The notes under the pieces: model-generated
What the model was told of the DNA's origin: nothing
The model's database searches: none
The model's input: the letters and a program-made list of their open reading frames with translations, nothing else
Shown: in pieces, positions 19,153 to 26,984 of the stretch
Layout: every line of letters begins with the position of its first letter
Numbering within the stretch: the stretch's first letter is position 1
Made by a program: the position numbers and the translations under genes
From: Christensenellaceae bacterium Phil10
Lineage (GTDB): Bacteria > Bacillota > Clostridia > Christensenellales > CAG-917
Length of the DNA stretch: 64,000 nt
Assembly: GCA_001940895.1 (NCBI GenBank)
Contig: MSGY01000015.1
Span: 85,332 to 149,331, forward strand
Direction: 5' to 3'

Positions 19153-20709
19153 ATGAAAAAAATACGCGAAAAGAAAGTACGTGAAAAGAAAGTGCGCGAA
19201 AAGAAAGAACGCGTGAAAAAAATCAACTTGCCCAAACTCGATCTGAATAACAAACGCAACAACATAATCGTAACGAGCGTTATAGGCGTGCTTGCGCTGG
19301 TCGTAACCATCGTAACGGGCGTACAGTTTACGAAATTCCGCAATTTCAACGCAGAGTTTTACACCGGAAACGTAGACGAGATTCAGTCTTACAGCAAGTA
19401 TTCGAAATATCTTGCCGGCACTTCGGGCGACGCTCCCATCTATATCCTTTACGGCGATAACAACACAGTGGCGGTAGTAAGAGCTTCCGACGCCGACAAA
19501 TACGATACCATCGATAAAGTGCTCGAAGCCGACGCACGCGTCGTCAAAGGCGGCGTCGTAAATATCGACAAAGAAGAACTCGATATTTCCGCAATCGCGA
19601 AAGCCGACGCCGCAACCGCGATAGACGAGGTTAAAAACGGAACTTCGGATATCGCCATAGTAACATACGCCGACTACAGGGCGGTAAGAGATACCTATAC
19701 CGACCTTACCGTTGCGAAGGCCGAAATCGAAGCGGTGCCGAGCATACTCGTTATGGGAGGAACCCACCCCAACGAACCCTCCGGACAACTTGCCGCGACG
19801 ATGTTCCTCGAAAACGCAAAAGTCAAACGCGGCGTTCTGTACGTAGTTAACGAAGTGAATCGCAGCGCGTATACCCATTCGCAACCGCAGGAAGCGACGT
19901 CCTGGTATTACGAGCTTCAGACTGCGAGCGGTCAGACCCGTACGTTCAAATACGGCTCCCGCGCGACGAATACGGTTGACCAGTGGCCTACGCCCGACGT
20001 CTACACTCATTCTTCGGGACAACAGCTGTCGTCAAGCGAGGTACGCAATATCAACCGTTCGTATCCCGGCGACGAGAAGGGCACTTACACCGAAAAACTG
20101 TCCTACGCCATAACCCAACTCGTTTTGCAAAACGATATTACCATGGTCGTCGACTTGCACGAGGCGTCGCCCGAGTACATCACCATTAACGCAATCGTTG
20201 CGCACGACGACGCACTCGAACTTGCATCGGACGCAAAAATGTGGACGCTTGACGACGTAATGAATATCGGCGTTGAAGTTTCTCCCGCAACGTTGCACGG
20301 ACTTACTCACCGCGACCTCGGAGACTACACCTATGCGTACGTATTTCTTGCCGAAACGTCAAATGCGTCGCAGGGAAAACTTCGCGGAAAATTCTCGCCC
20401 GACCTTATCACTTATAAGGAAAAGGATAAATTCTACGAATATGCAAAAGAATACGACGAGAAACACGGCACTAAACTTCTGTACGCTCCCGCCGCCGATA
20501 TCGACGAAAGGGTGGCAAGACACACTTTTACCGTCTCGGCGCTGATTAAATCATTTAACGATATGGGTTGCGTATCCCGTACGGTAAACGTAGGAAAGAT
20601 AGGCGAGCGCGAAGGAAGATATCTCGGGAAACTCGAAATCGAAATGGTTCCCGGATACGAAGACATAATGGATAACGGGGTCGGCTATTATCTGCACGAT
20701 CTTGATTAA
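19153..20709 (+). CDS. Membrane-anchored M14-like / AstE-AspA-type zinc hydrolase
   Basis: 518 aa. A basic N-terminal tail, one TM helix ('IIVTSVIGVLALVVTIVTGV'), then 'LVMGGTHPNEPSG' (HxxE), 'RNINRSYPG', 'VVDLHEASPE' and 'LAETSN'. RBS 'ggggagg'. Confidence 0.65.
   Translation: MKKIREKKVREKKVREKKERVKKINLPKLDLNNKRNNIIVTSVIGVLALVVTIVTGVQFTKFRNFNAEFYTGNVDEIQSYSKYSKYLAGTSGDAPIYILYGDNNTVAVVRASDADKYDTIDKVLEADARVVKGGVVNIDKEELDISAIAKADAATAIDEVKNGTSDIAIVTYADYRAVRDTYTDLTVAKAEIEAVPSILVMGGTHPNEPSGQLAATMFLENAKVKRGVLYVVNEVNRSAYTHSQPQEATSWYYELQTASGQTRTFKYGSRATNTVDQWPTPDVYTHSSGQQLSSSEVRNINRSYPGDEKGTYTEKLSYAITQLVLQNDITMVVDLHEASPEYITINAIVAHDDALELASDAKMWTLDDVMNIGVEVSPATLHGLTHRDLGDYTYAYVFLAETSNASQGKLRGKFSPDLITYKEKDKFYEYAKEYDEKHGTKLLYAPAADIDERVARHTFTVSALIKSFNDMGCVSRTVNVGKIGEREGRYLGKLEIEMVPGYEDIMDNGVGYYLHDLD
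19165..19209 (+). repeat. Three tandem 15-bp repeats encoding (REKKV)x3
   Basis: cgcgaaaagaaagta / cgtgaaaagaaagtg / cgcgaaaagaaagaa, in frame at the 5' end of the 19153 gene. Confidence 0.85.
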
Positions 20710-20738
20710 TAAAAGTAAATAAAAAAATGGAGGTATTT

Positions 20739-21386
20739 ATGAAAAAAGTAATTACTATCATCGTTTCCGTATTGATGATTATGACGCTTGCCGTTTCTTT
20801 TGCAGCATGCAACAAAGACACCGGCAACGGCGGCAATAACGGCGGAAACACGGACGTAACGCCCAGTGCTCTCGACAAAACCGTCAGCGAAGCCGAACTT
20901 CAGAACATCGTAGGCGACGGCAAACTTTACGCAACGACCATCGGTCAGGCAGACCTTGCCGTTGTCAACAACCTTATCGTAAAAGCGGGCGTTGCCGCGG
21001 CAGATTACACCAGCAACAATATGCTTACCGCAGACCAGGTTGAAGACGGCTCCACGGTATTTATCGTAGTCGGCGCTTCGGGCAAAGGTCTCGGCGGAGC
21101 AGGAACGGACGCTGCGGCCGAACTCGTAAGAGCTAACGCCTTCCAGGCGAAAGCCGACAAAATCAACATCGTTTGCGTACACGTAGGCGGCTCCAACCGT
21201 CGCGGCGATACCAGCGACCCCACAATCAGAGTTATCGCAGGTTGCTCCAAAGTTATACTCGTAGTTGAAGAAGGTAACAGCGACGATCTCTTCACCGGCA
21301 TCGCAAACGACAACAGCATTCCTCTTTACGAGTACAGCAAATCGGCAAAGATGCTTGATTCCTTTAAATATTTGCTTGGCAAATAA
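20739..21386 (+). CDS. Lipoprotein of unknown family (paralogue of 27499..28170)
   Basis: I chose ATG 20739, after 'ggagg', over 20727. Lipobox 'SFAAC'. Conserved blocks 'KLYATTIGQ', 'VFIVVGASGKG' and 'VHVGGSNRRGDTSD'. Confidence 0.7.
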   Translation: MKKVITIIVSVLMIMTLAVSFAACNKDTGNGGNNGGNTDVTPSALDKTVSEAELQNIVGDGKLYATTIGQADLAVVNNLIVKAGVAAADYTSNNMLTADQVEDGSTVFIVVGASGKGLGGAGTDAAAELVRANAFQAKADKINIVCVHVGGSNRRGDTSDPTIRVIAGCSKVILVVEEGNSDDLFTGIANDNSIPLYEYSKSAKMLDSFKYLLGK

Positions 21387-21396
21387 CAGGTAACTT

Positions 21397-22296
21397 ATGA
21401 AGAAAAAATCGACTTATCTTTTAATAATAAGTTTGGTTTTTATCATCGGATTGACGTCGGTTCTGACGGCGTGCGGGGCGAACGGTGGGAATGACGCCGA
21501 CGCTTCGAAGCCGTCAAATCCGACAGGCGACGATAATCGGGAACCGTTAACGGTAGAGCATATCACGACGAAGATGCTTGCCGGCACGCGCGACGAAACC
21601 GAAGTGCACCGCTTCGTGACTAACAGAGAAGGACCCAGAATCGTAATAGTAGGCGGTACTCACGGCGACGAGAAAGCGGGTTGGAGCGCGGCGTTGAAAC
21701 TTGTGAAAATTCTCGATTCCGAAGAGAAGAGGCGAGACGATATGTGCGGCGAAATTCTGATAATTCCGCAGGTCAATATCAACGCCGACAAAGCGGGAAA
21801 AAGATATTTGTCAACCGTCGACGGAGTCGCCTATTCCGACTTTAACCGTTCTTTCCCCAACGGACGCGAAAGCGGTGCGGCCGCCGCGACAATCAAAATT
21901 TCGGACGCCGTGATAGAAATTATCGAAACGTTCGAACCCGATTACGTGGTAGACCTGCACGAATCCCGCAAGAGCTGGGAAGACGGATATCTCGGAAACA
22001 GCGTAATCTCCGATAACGAACCTTTCTTCATTGAAGATATGCTGATAAATTACAATGATAACTACATTGAAGAAGGCGAACCGGATTTTATCAATCAACC
22101 CGCCGTGAAAAACGGAAGCTTCAGCAAGTATTTTTCGGCGAGATATCCCGATAAAGTAGTGTTTACTATCGAGACGAACAGAGAATACGCGGGAGGGACG
22201 GACACTATCGCCCTCAGCGTACGAGTAAGGCAACAGCTGAATATTCTCAATTCCATGTTCGATTTCGCGTGGCATCCGGAAAGAATCGAAGCATAA
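21397..22296 (+). CDS. Lipoprotein M14-like / AstE-AspA-type zinc hydrolase
   Basis: 299 aa. Lipobox 'LTAC'. Motifs 'IVGGTHGDEKAG' (HxxE), 'SDFNRSFPNG', 'VVDLHESR' and 'FTIETN'. Confidence 0.7.
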   Translation: MKKKSTYLLIISLVFIIGLTSVLTACGANGGNDADASKPSNPTGDDNREPLTVEHITTKMLAGTRDETEVHRFVTNREGPRIVIVGGTHGDEKAGWSAALKLVKILDSEEKRRDDMCGEILIIPQVNINADKAGKRYLSTVDGVAYSDFNRSFPNGRESGAAAATIKISDAVIEIIETFEPDYVVDLHESRKSWEDGYLGNSVISDNEPFFIEDMLINYNDNYIEEGEPDFINQPAVKNGSFSKYFSARYPDKVVFTIETNREYAGGTDTIALSVRVRQQLNILNSMFDFAWHPERIEA

Positions 22297-22302
22297 AACA
22301 CT

Positions 22303-22344
22303 CCCGCAATCATTTTACGGTTGCGGGGCGTTTTGCTGTTTCCG
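22303..22344 (+). terminator. Possible weak terminator
   Basis: cccgcaa ... ttgcggg 7-bp stem with an 11-nt loop, followed by 'gcgttttgctgttt'. Confidence 0.35.
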
Positions 22345-22417
22345 GATTTGAAAATCAAAAAGCAAATGTTTCACTCGCAAAACGATTGAAATAAAATAAA
22401 TTATAGGAGGAACGTTT

Positions 22418-25189
22418 ATGAAGAAGAAAGTCTTATTATGTCTTGTCGTCATATTGGTACTTTCGTTTTCTCTTTCGTTGTTCGCAGCCTGCAAAAAGGA
22501 TGAGAATCCTTCTGGCAACGACAACGGGGGAACCACCGCTCCGTCCATTGCCGAAATATTATCCGACGGTAAAACCGATACGGAATATACCGTTGAGGGC
22601 GTAGTATTCGGCAAGAAAAACGACGGATTTCTTATTTCCGACGGGGAGAACGCCATCTTTATCGAAAGCAACGAAAACGTTGCCGCAGGCGATAAAGTCA
22701 GCGTAAAAGGCACGCTTAAACTCAACACCGAGAAAGCGCCCGTCCTCGGAAACGCACAAGTAACGGTCAGCGCAAACGGCCAGACCGTTGTATCACCCGT
22801 TAAAGGATTACTCACCGACGTAACGAAACTTGCGGCAACCCGCAAAAATTTCTATAAATACGTCGAAGCCACCGGTTTCGTAAGATTTAACGCCGAAACG
22901 AGCGTATATACTCTTGAATCGGGCAGCAGCAGAGTAATTATCGACACCAACGGCAGAGATGCCGATTTCGAAGAATTCGTTGACAAAAAAGTTACGTTGT
23001 CTTTCGTCAACACCGGTTTCACCACGTCCTGGAAGGTATTGTATCTCGGCGACGTTCAGAAATTCGAAGTAAATCTTGCCGAAGTTAAAGACGCTATTTT
23101 CGAAAGCGTCGGAAAACAACTTCCCGAAGAGGTTTACGTAGGAATCGAACTTCCCGTCAACTATGCGGACGAACCCGACGTAACCTTTACCTGGAGCGTA
23201 GTAACGGCTGACGCACCCATCACCATTGTCGACAACGAAGCAAACGTTTCCGAAGTTTCGGAAGACACGACCGTTACCATCAAACTTACGCTTACCGCTC
23301 CCGAATCGCAGACTGCCGAAAAGACCTTCGAGGTTTTGGTCAAGAAAGCTACTAACGTTGCCATTGCCGACATCGCGGCATACGAAGGCACCGACGTCAT
23401 CGTATTTTCGGGCACCGTTTATGCAAAAGGATACAGCCAGACCAAAGACAGAACGGCTCTTATGGTCAGCGACGGAGCAAATCACTACACCGCAGTCGAT
23501 ATTGCCAAAACCGATTTCTTCAAATACACCGTAGGCGATAAAGTTAAAGTTGCGGGCACCAAAGCGGTTGTCGTTGACGTCAACACCGTATCGGCTGACA
23601 GCATTATCGTAACCGAAGCCGCTCCCGAAGATTTCACAATCGACTTCGAATCTCTCGATTATACCGAACTCAGAACCGACGACGCTACCACTTATACGGG
23701 TCTCGTCGACAACTATCTTGCAAACACCAACAAACTTTACAAGATAACCGCTCCCTTTATGGTATCCAGCGGTAATACGTCTTCCAACTTCATCCGTTTC
23801 GGTCATGACGTGAATGCCGGTAACGGTTATGAGTATAAGGTTGGCGAAGAAACGAAAAAACGTTATTTCGTGTTCTCGCGCAATACCATGGACGACACCG
23901 TATCCTGGCTGCAGAGCGAACTTGACGTTCCCAACCTTGCGGACAAAGCGGTAAAATACGAAGCTTATACCTTCTATGCGTTTGCGATGTTCTCGAGCGC
24001 CGAAACCTGGCAGTTCGTACTTCCCGGCGAATTCGCGGTTGCCACCGACAACGCCTTCCTTGCCAATAAGGAATTGACTAACAAGATGGACGCATACGAT
24101 ATCGTCGTAGCAAAAGAAGCGGGCAGCATCGATTTACCCAAGACTCTTAAATACGGCGGAGAAGTAACTTGGACGCAGGATAAGGACGTATTCGACCTCG
24201 ATACGGGCGCATTTACCGCCGTAACGGCAAACACTGCGGTTACGCTTACCGCAACTTATACGGTAAAAGGCGCAACCGAGCCCACTATCAAGACTTTCCT
24301 TGTTACTCTGCTTCCTGACGAACCCAAGTCTGTTACCGTTTCCGAGGCTCTTGCAGATACTTCGGGCGGTTATTTGTATGTAGAAGGCGTTGTCGTCGGA
24401 CTTATTCCCTCTCATACGGGCAGCGGTAGTTCGCTGGGCGTTTACGTTTCGGACGGCAACAAAGTCGCTCCCGTTGAATTTGGCGGAGAACTTGCAATTA
24501 ACGGTAAATACTCAGCTGTAATCGGTGAAACTGAAGTAAAAGTCGGAACCGGCATCAAATTCTCAAAAATCAAAGTTAACGATAAAAAACTCGTTGCAAG
24601 CGACAAGACGACGTGCACTATCACCGGCAACGTAGACGTATCCGGCAACTGGTTGCACCCCGCCGAAGATTCTGTTACGACGATTAACAACGCAACCGAG
24701 ATGGCGGAATACGTCGGCAAATTTAATGATTTCGGGACCAGCAGTCAAAGAGACTATTCTATCGTGAAAGTCGTGGCAACCGAAGAGAATCCCATTTATA
24801 TCGGGGCAAGAAACGCCTACTTTATGATGTTTTCTTATCTCAGCGCCGATACGCTTACCAGTACCAGCAACGATGCGTTTGCATATATTGCGGGTGATAA
24901 TTCCACAAAATCGTGGATAGGTTCTCATACGGGAGCCGCACGTTATACTATCGGCGAACAATGGTTGCTTGACAATACGCCTTATACAGCGTTAAACGGT
25001 GACGATTATAGCGGGAACTGGAAATATGAAGCGCTTAAAGACGCAGCAAACGGAGCAAGCACTTATAAATTCACAGGTTCGTTCTATATGATTTTCGAGT
25101 ATATGGGCTCCGCAAAATATCCGTATGTTTACTGCGGAATTCTCGGCGCGTCCTTCAATCTCACGAGAGTAGTTGAAGAAGCAGCATAA
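22418..25189 (+). CDS. 923-aa surface lipoprotein with repeated OB-fold-like and Ig-like modules
   Basis: Lipobox 'LFAAC', RBS 'aggagg'. Four modules follow the pattern V.G.V....g..l.D....i.........GdkV.V.G (for example 'YTVEGVVFGKKNDGFLISDGENAIFIESNENVAAGDKVSVKGTL'). Two beta-rich segments resemble bacterial Ig-like domains. Confidence 0.7.
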   Translation: MKKKVLLCLVVILVLSFSLSLFAACKKDENPSGNDNGGTTAPSIAEILSDGKTDTEYTVEGVVFGKKNDGFLISDGENAIFIESNENVAAGDKVSVKGTLKLNTEKAPVLGNAQVTVSANGQTVVSPVKGLLTDVTKLAATRKNFYKYVEATGFVRFNAETSVYTLESGSSRVIIDTNGRDADFEEFVDKKVTLSFVNTGFTTSWKVLYLGDVQKFEVNLAEVKDAIFESVGKQLPEEVYVGIELPVNYADEPDVTFTWSVVTADAPITIVDNEANVSEVSEDTTVTIKLTLTAPESQTAEKTFEVLVKKATNVAIADIAAYEGTDVIVFSGTVYAKGYSQTKDRTALMVSDGANHYTAVDIAKTDFFKYTVGDKVKVAGTKAVVVDVNTVSADSIIVTEAAPEDFTIDFESLDYTELRTDDATTYTGLVDNYLANTNKLYKITAPFMVSSGNTSSNFIRFGHDVNAGNGYEYKVGEETKKRYFVFSRNTMDDTVSWLQSELDVPNLADKAVKYEAYTFYAFAMFSSAETWQFVLPGEFAVATDNAFLANKELTNKMDAYDIVVAKEAGSIDLPKTLKYGGEVTWTQDKDVFDLDTGAFTAVTANTAVTLTATYTVKGATEPTIKTFLVTLLPDEPKSVTVSEALADTSGGYLYVEGVVVGLIPSHTGSGSSLGVYVSDGNKVAPVEFGGELAINGKYSAVIGETEVKVGTGIKFSKIKVNDKKLVASDKTTCTITGNVDVSGNWLHPAEDSVTTINNATEMAEYVGKFNDFGTSSQRDYSIVKVVATEENPIYIGARNAYFMMFSYLSADTLTSTSNDAFAYIAGDNSTKSWIGSHTGAARYTIGEQWLLDNTPYTALNGDDYSGNWKYEALKDAANGASTYKFTGSFYMIFEYMGSAKYPYVYCGILGASFNLTRVVEEAA

Positions 25190-25276
25190 TCATTCAGAAA
25201 AACCGACTTTATCAGGCGGTTAAATCGTTCGCAATTGCGGGGCCGATTCGTCGGCTCCGCATAATTGCGAAATATA

Positions 25277-25305
25277 TTGCAAAAAACAGAACGACTTATT
25301 ATAAT
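25277..25305 (+). promoter_or_regulatory. SigmaA-type promoter of the murI-to-pduO operon
   Basis: -35 TTGCAA (25277-25282), a 17-nt spacer, -10 TATAAT (25300-25305). Confidence 0.6.
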
Positions 25306-25323
25306 TAGAGGAAGAAAACATAT

Positions 25324-26118
25324 ATGCAAATTGAAAATTCGCAACCCATAGGAGTTTTCGATTCGGGAATAGGCGGACTTACCGTTCTCGAACAGTTGAT
25401 TAAAATATTTCCGCACGAAAATTTTTATTACGTGGCCGACCAGGGATATTGTCCTTACGGGCCGAGACCTGCCGAATACGTATGCGAAAGAGTGGAAAAA
25501 ATAACCCGTCATATGGTTAACGAGGGTGTAAAGGCGATAGTAATTGCCTGCAATACGGCGTCTTTGCGCATTGCGAGCGCCCGCGCCGTTACCGACATAC
25601 CCGTTGTCAGCGTAATTCCCCCGACGTGTATGAGGGCGGTTGAAACCACGAAAAACAAAAAAGTCGCAGTCCTTGCGACGCAGGCGACGATAAACAGCGG
25701 CACTTATCAGAACATGCTTAAGGAAAACGGAGTAACCCCCGTACCCCTTGCATGCGGAGAATTCGTCGATTTTCTGGAAAACGACGACCTTGACAATCCT
25801 TACGCCTATAAACTCGTGGCGGACAAACTCGCCTCGATAAAAGATGAAGGCTTTGACACCCTGATACACGCCTGTACTCATTTCAGCCTGCTCGAACCGC
25901 AGATGAGGGCCGTCCTCGGCGATATAAATTACGTCAATTGCGGTACGCCTACCGGAGAATACCTGAAAAAGTATTTCGACGAAAATAATATGGCAACAAA
26001 CGCAACCGATAAAGGTCGCGTAAGAATATTCACGACGGGAGAGGTTGACGGCGCTCTTCGTACGATGCGTTGGTTCAAAGCCGAACACGACCCCGTCGCC
26101 CACGTCGACATTAAATAA
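25324..26118 (+). CDS. murI: Glutamate racemase
   Basis: 264 aa. 'IGVFDSGIGGLTVL', with 'IVIACNTAS' and 'IHACTHFSLL' as the two catalytic Cys contexts. Confidence 0.9.
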   Translation: MQIENSQPIGVFDSGIGGLTVLEQLIKIFPHENFYYVADQGYCPYGPRPAEYVCERVEKITRHMVNEGVKAIVIACNTASLRIASARAVTDIPVVSVIPPTCMRAVETTKNKKVAVLATQATINSGTYQNMLKENGVTPVPLACGEFVDFLENDDLDNPYAYKLVADKLASIKDEGFDTLIHACTHFSLLEPQMRAVLGDINYVNCGTPTGEYLKKYFDENNMATNATDKGRVRIFTTGEVDGALRTMRWFKAEHDPVAHVDIK

Positions 26119-26133
26119 TCAACAGGAGATATT

Positions 26134-26973
26134 ATGCGTACAATCAATTTAAGCGACGTTACGTCAAAAGTAAAAGAGATGTTCATCGACGCTTGCGAGA
26201 ATATTCCGCAAAACGTCCTTGAAACCATAGAAAACGCCTGTAAAGCCGAGGAATCGCCTCTCGGCAAAGACGTACTCGGCAAAATCGTAGAAAACGACTT
26301 GCTTGCAAGAAAGGAACATCTGCCCATATGTCAGGATACCGGAATTGCCGTGGTTATGCTTACGATAGGCTCGGAAGTTACTTTCAAAGGCGACATTTAC
26401 GAGGCTGTGAACGAAGGAGTCCGTCAGGCTTATACCGAAGGATATCTTCGCAAATCGGTTGTCCGTCATCCCCTCGACAGGGTGAACACGCGCGACAATA
26501 CGCCCGCTATCGTTCACGTTAAGCTTACCGAAGGCGACGTTTTCAGAATCGACGTCGCGCCGAAAGGCGGCGGAAGCGAAAATATGAGCGCTATCAGAAT
26601 GCTCGTCCCCGCAGACGGGGAAGCCGGCATTAAAAAATTCATTCTCGATACCGTGCTTCACGCAAGCGGCAAACCCTGCCCGCCGATAATCCTCGGCATA
26701 GGCATCGGAGGCAACTTCGAAAAATCCGCTATGATGGCGAAAGAAGCGCTGTTCCGCGAAATAGACGACGAGTCGCCCGACCCAATTGCAAGACGCCTTG
26801 AAAAGGAAATCAGGGAAGAAGTCAACAAACTCGGCGTAGGTCCTATGGGCTTCGGCGGTACCGAAACCTGCCTTGCCGTAAAAGTTAACGTGGCCCCTTG
26901 CCATATCGCAAGCCTTCCCGTGGCCGTAAACATTCAATGCCACGCCGCAAGACACAAGTCCTGCAATCTTTAA
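26134..26973 (+). CDS. Fe-S hydro-lyase, tartrate/fumarate family, alpha subunit (class I fumarase type; candidate mesaconase)
   Basis: 279 aa. 'LPICQDTGIAVV', 'APKGGGSENMS' and 'PPIILGIGIGG' are typical of FumA/TtdA N-terminal-domain proteins. Confidence 0.85.
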   Translation: MRTINLSDVTSKVKEMFIDACENIPQNVLETIENACKAEESPLGKDVLGKIVENDLLARKEHLPICQDTGIAVVMLTIGSEVTFKGDIYEAVNEGVRQAYTEGYLRKSVVRHPLDRVNTRDNTPAIVHVKLTEGDVFRIDVAPKGGGSENMSAIRMLVPADGEAGIKKFILDTVLHASGKPCPPIILGIGIGGNFEKSAMMAKEALFREIDDESPDPIARRLEKEIREEVNKLGVGPMGFGGTETCLAVKVNVAPCHIASLPVAVNIQCHAARHKSCNL

Positions 26974-26984
26974 GAGGTGATAAT

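Noticed and set aside
18549-19349. 266-aa minus-strand ORF covering the permease 3' end, the miniprotein and the start of the M14-like gene
   Set aside because: It spans three + strand genes and two RBSs. It contains low-complexity 'FFSRTFFSRTFFSR', which is simply the reverse translation of the (REKKV) repeat.
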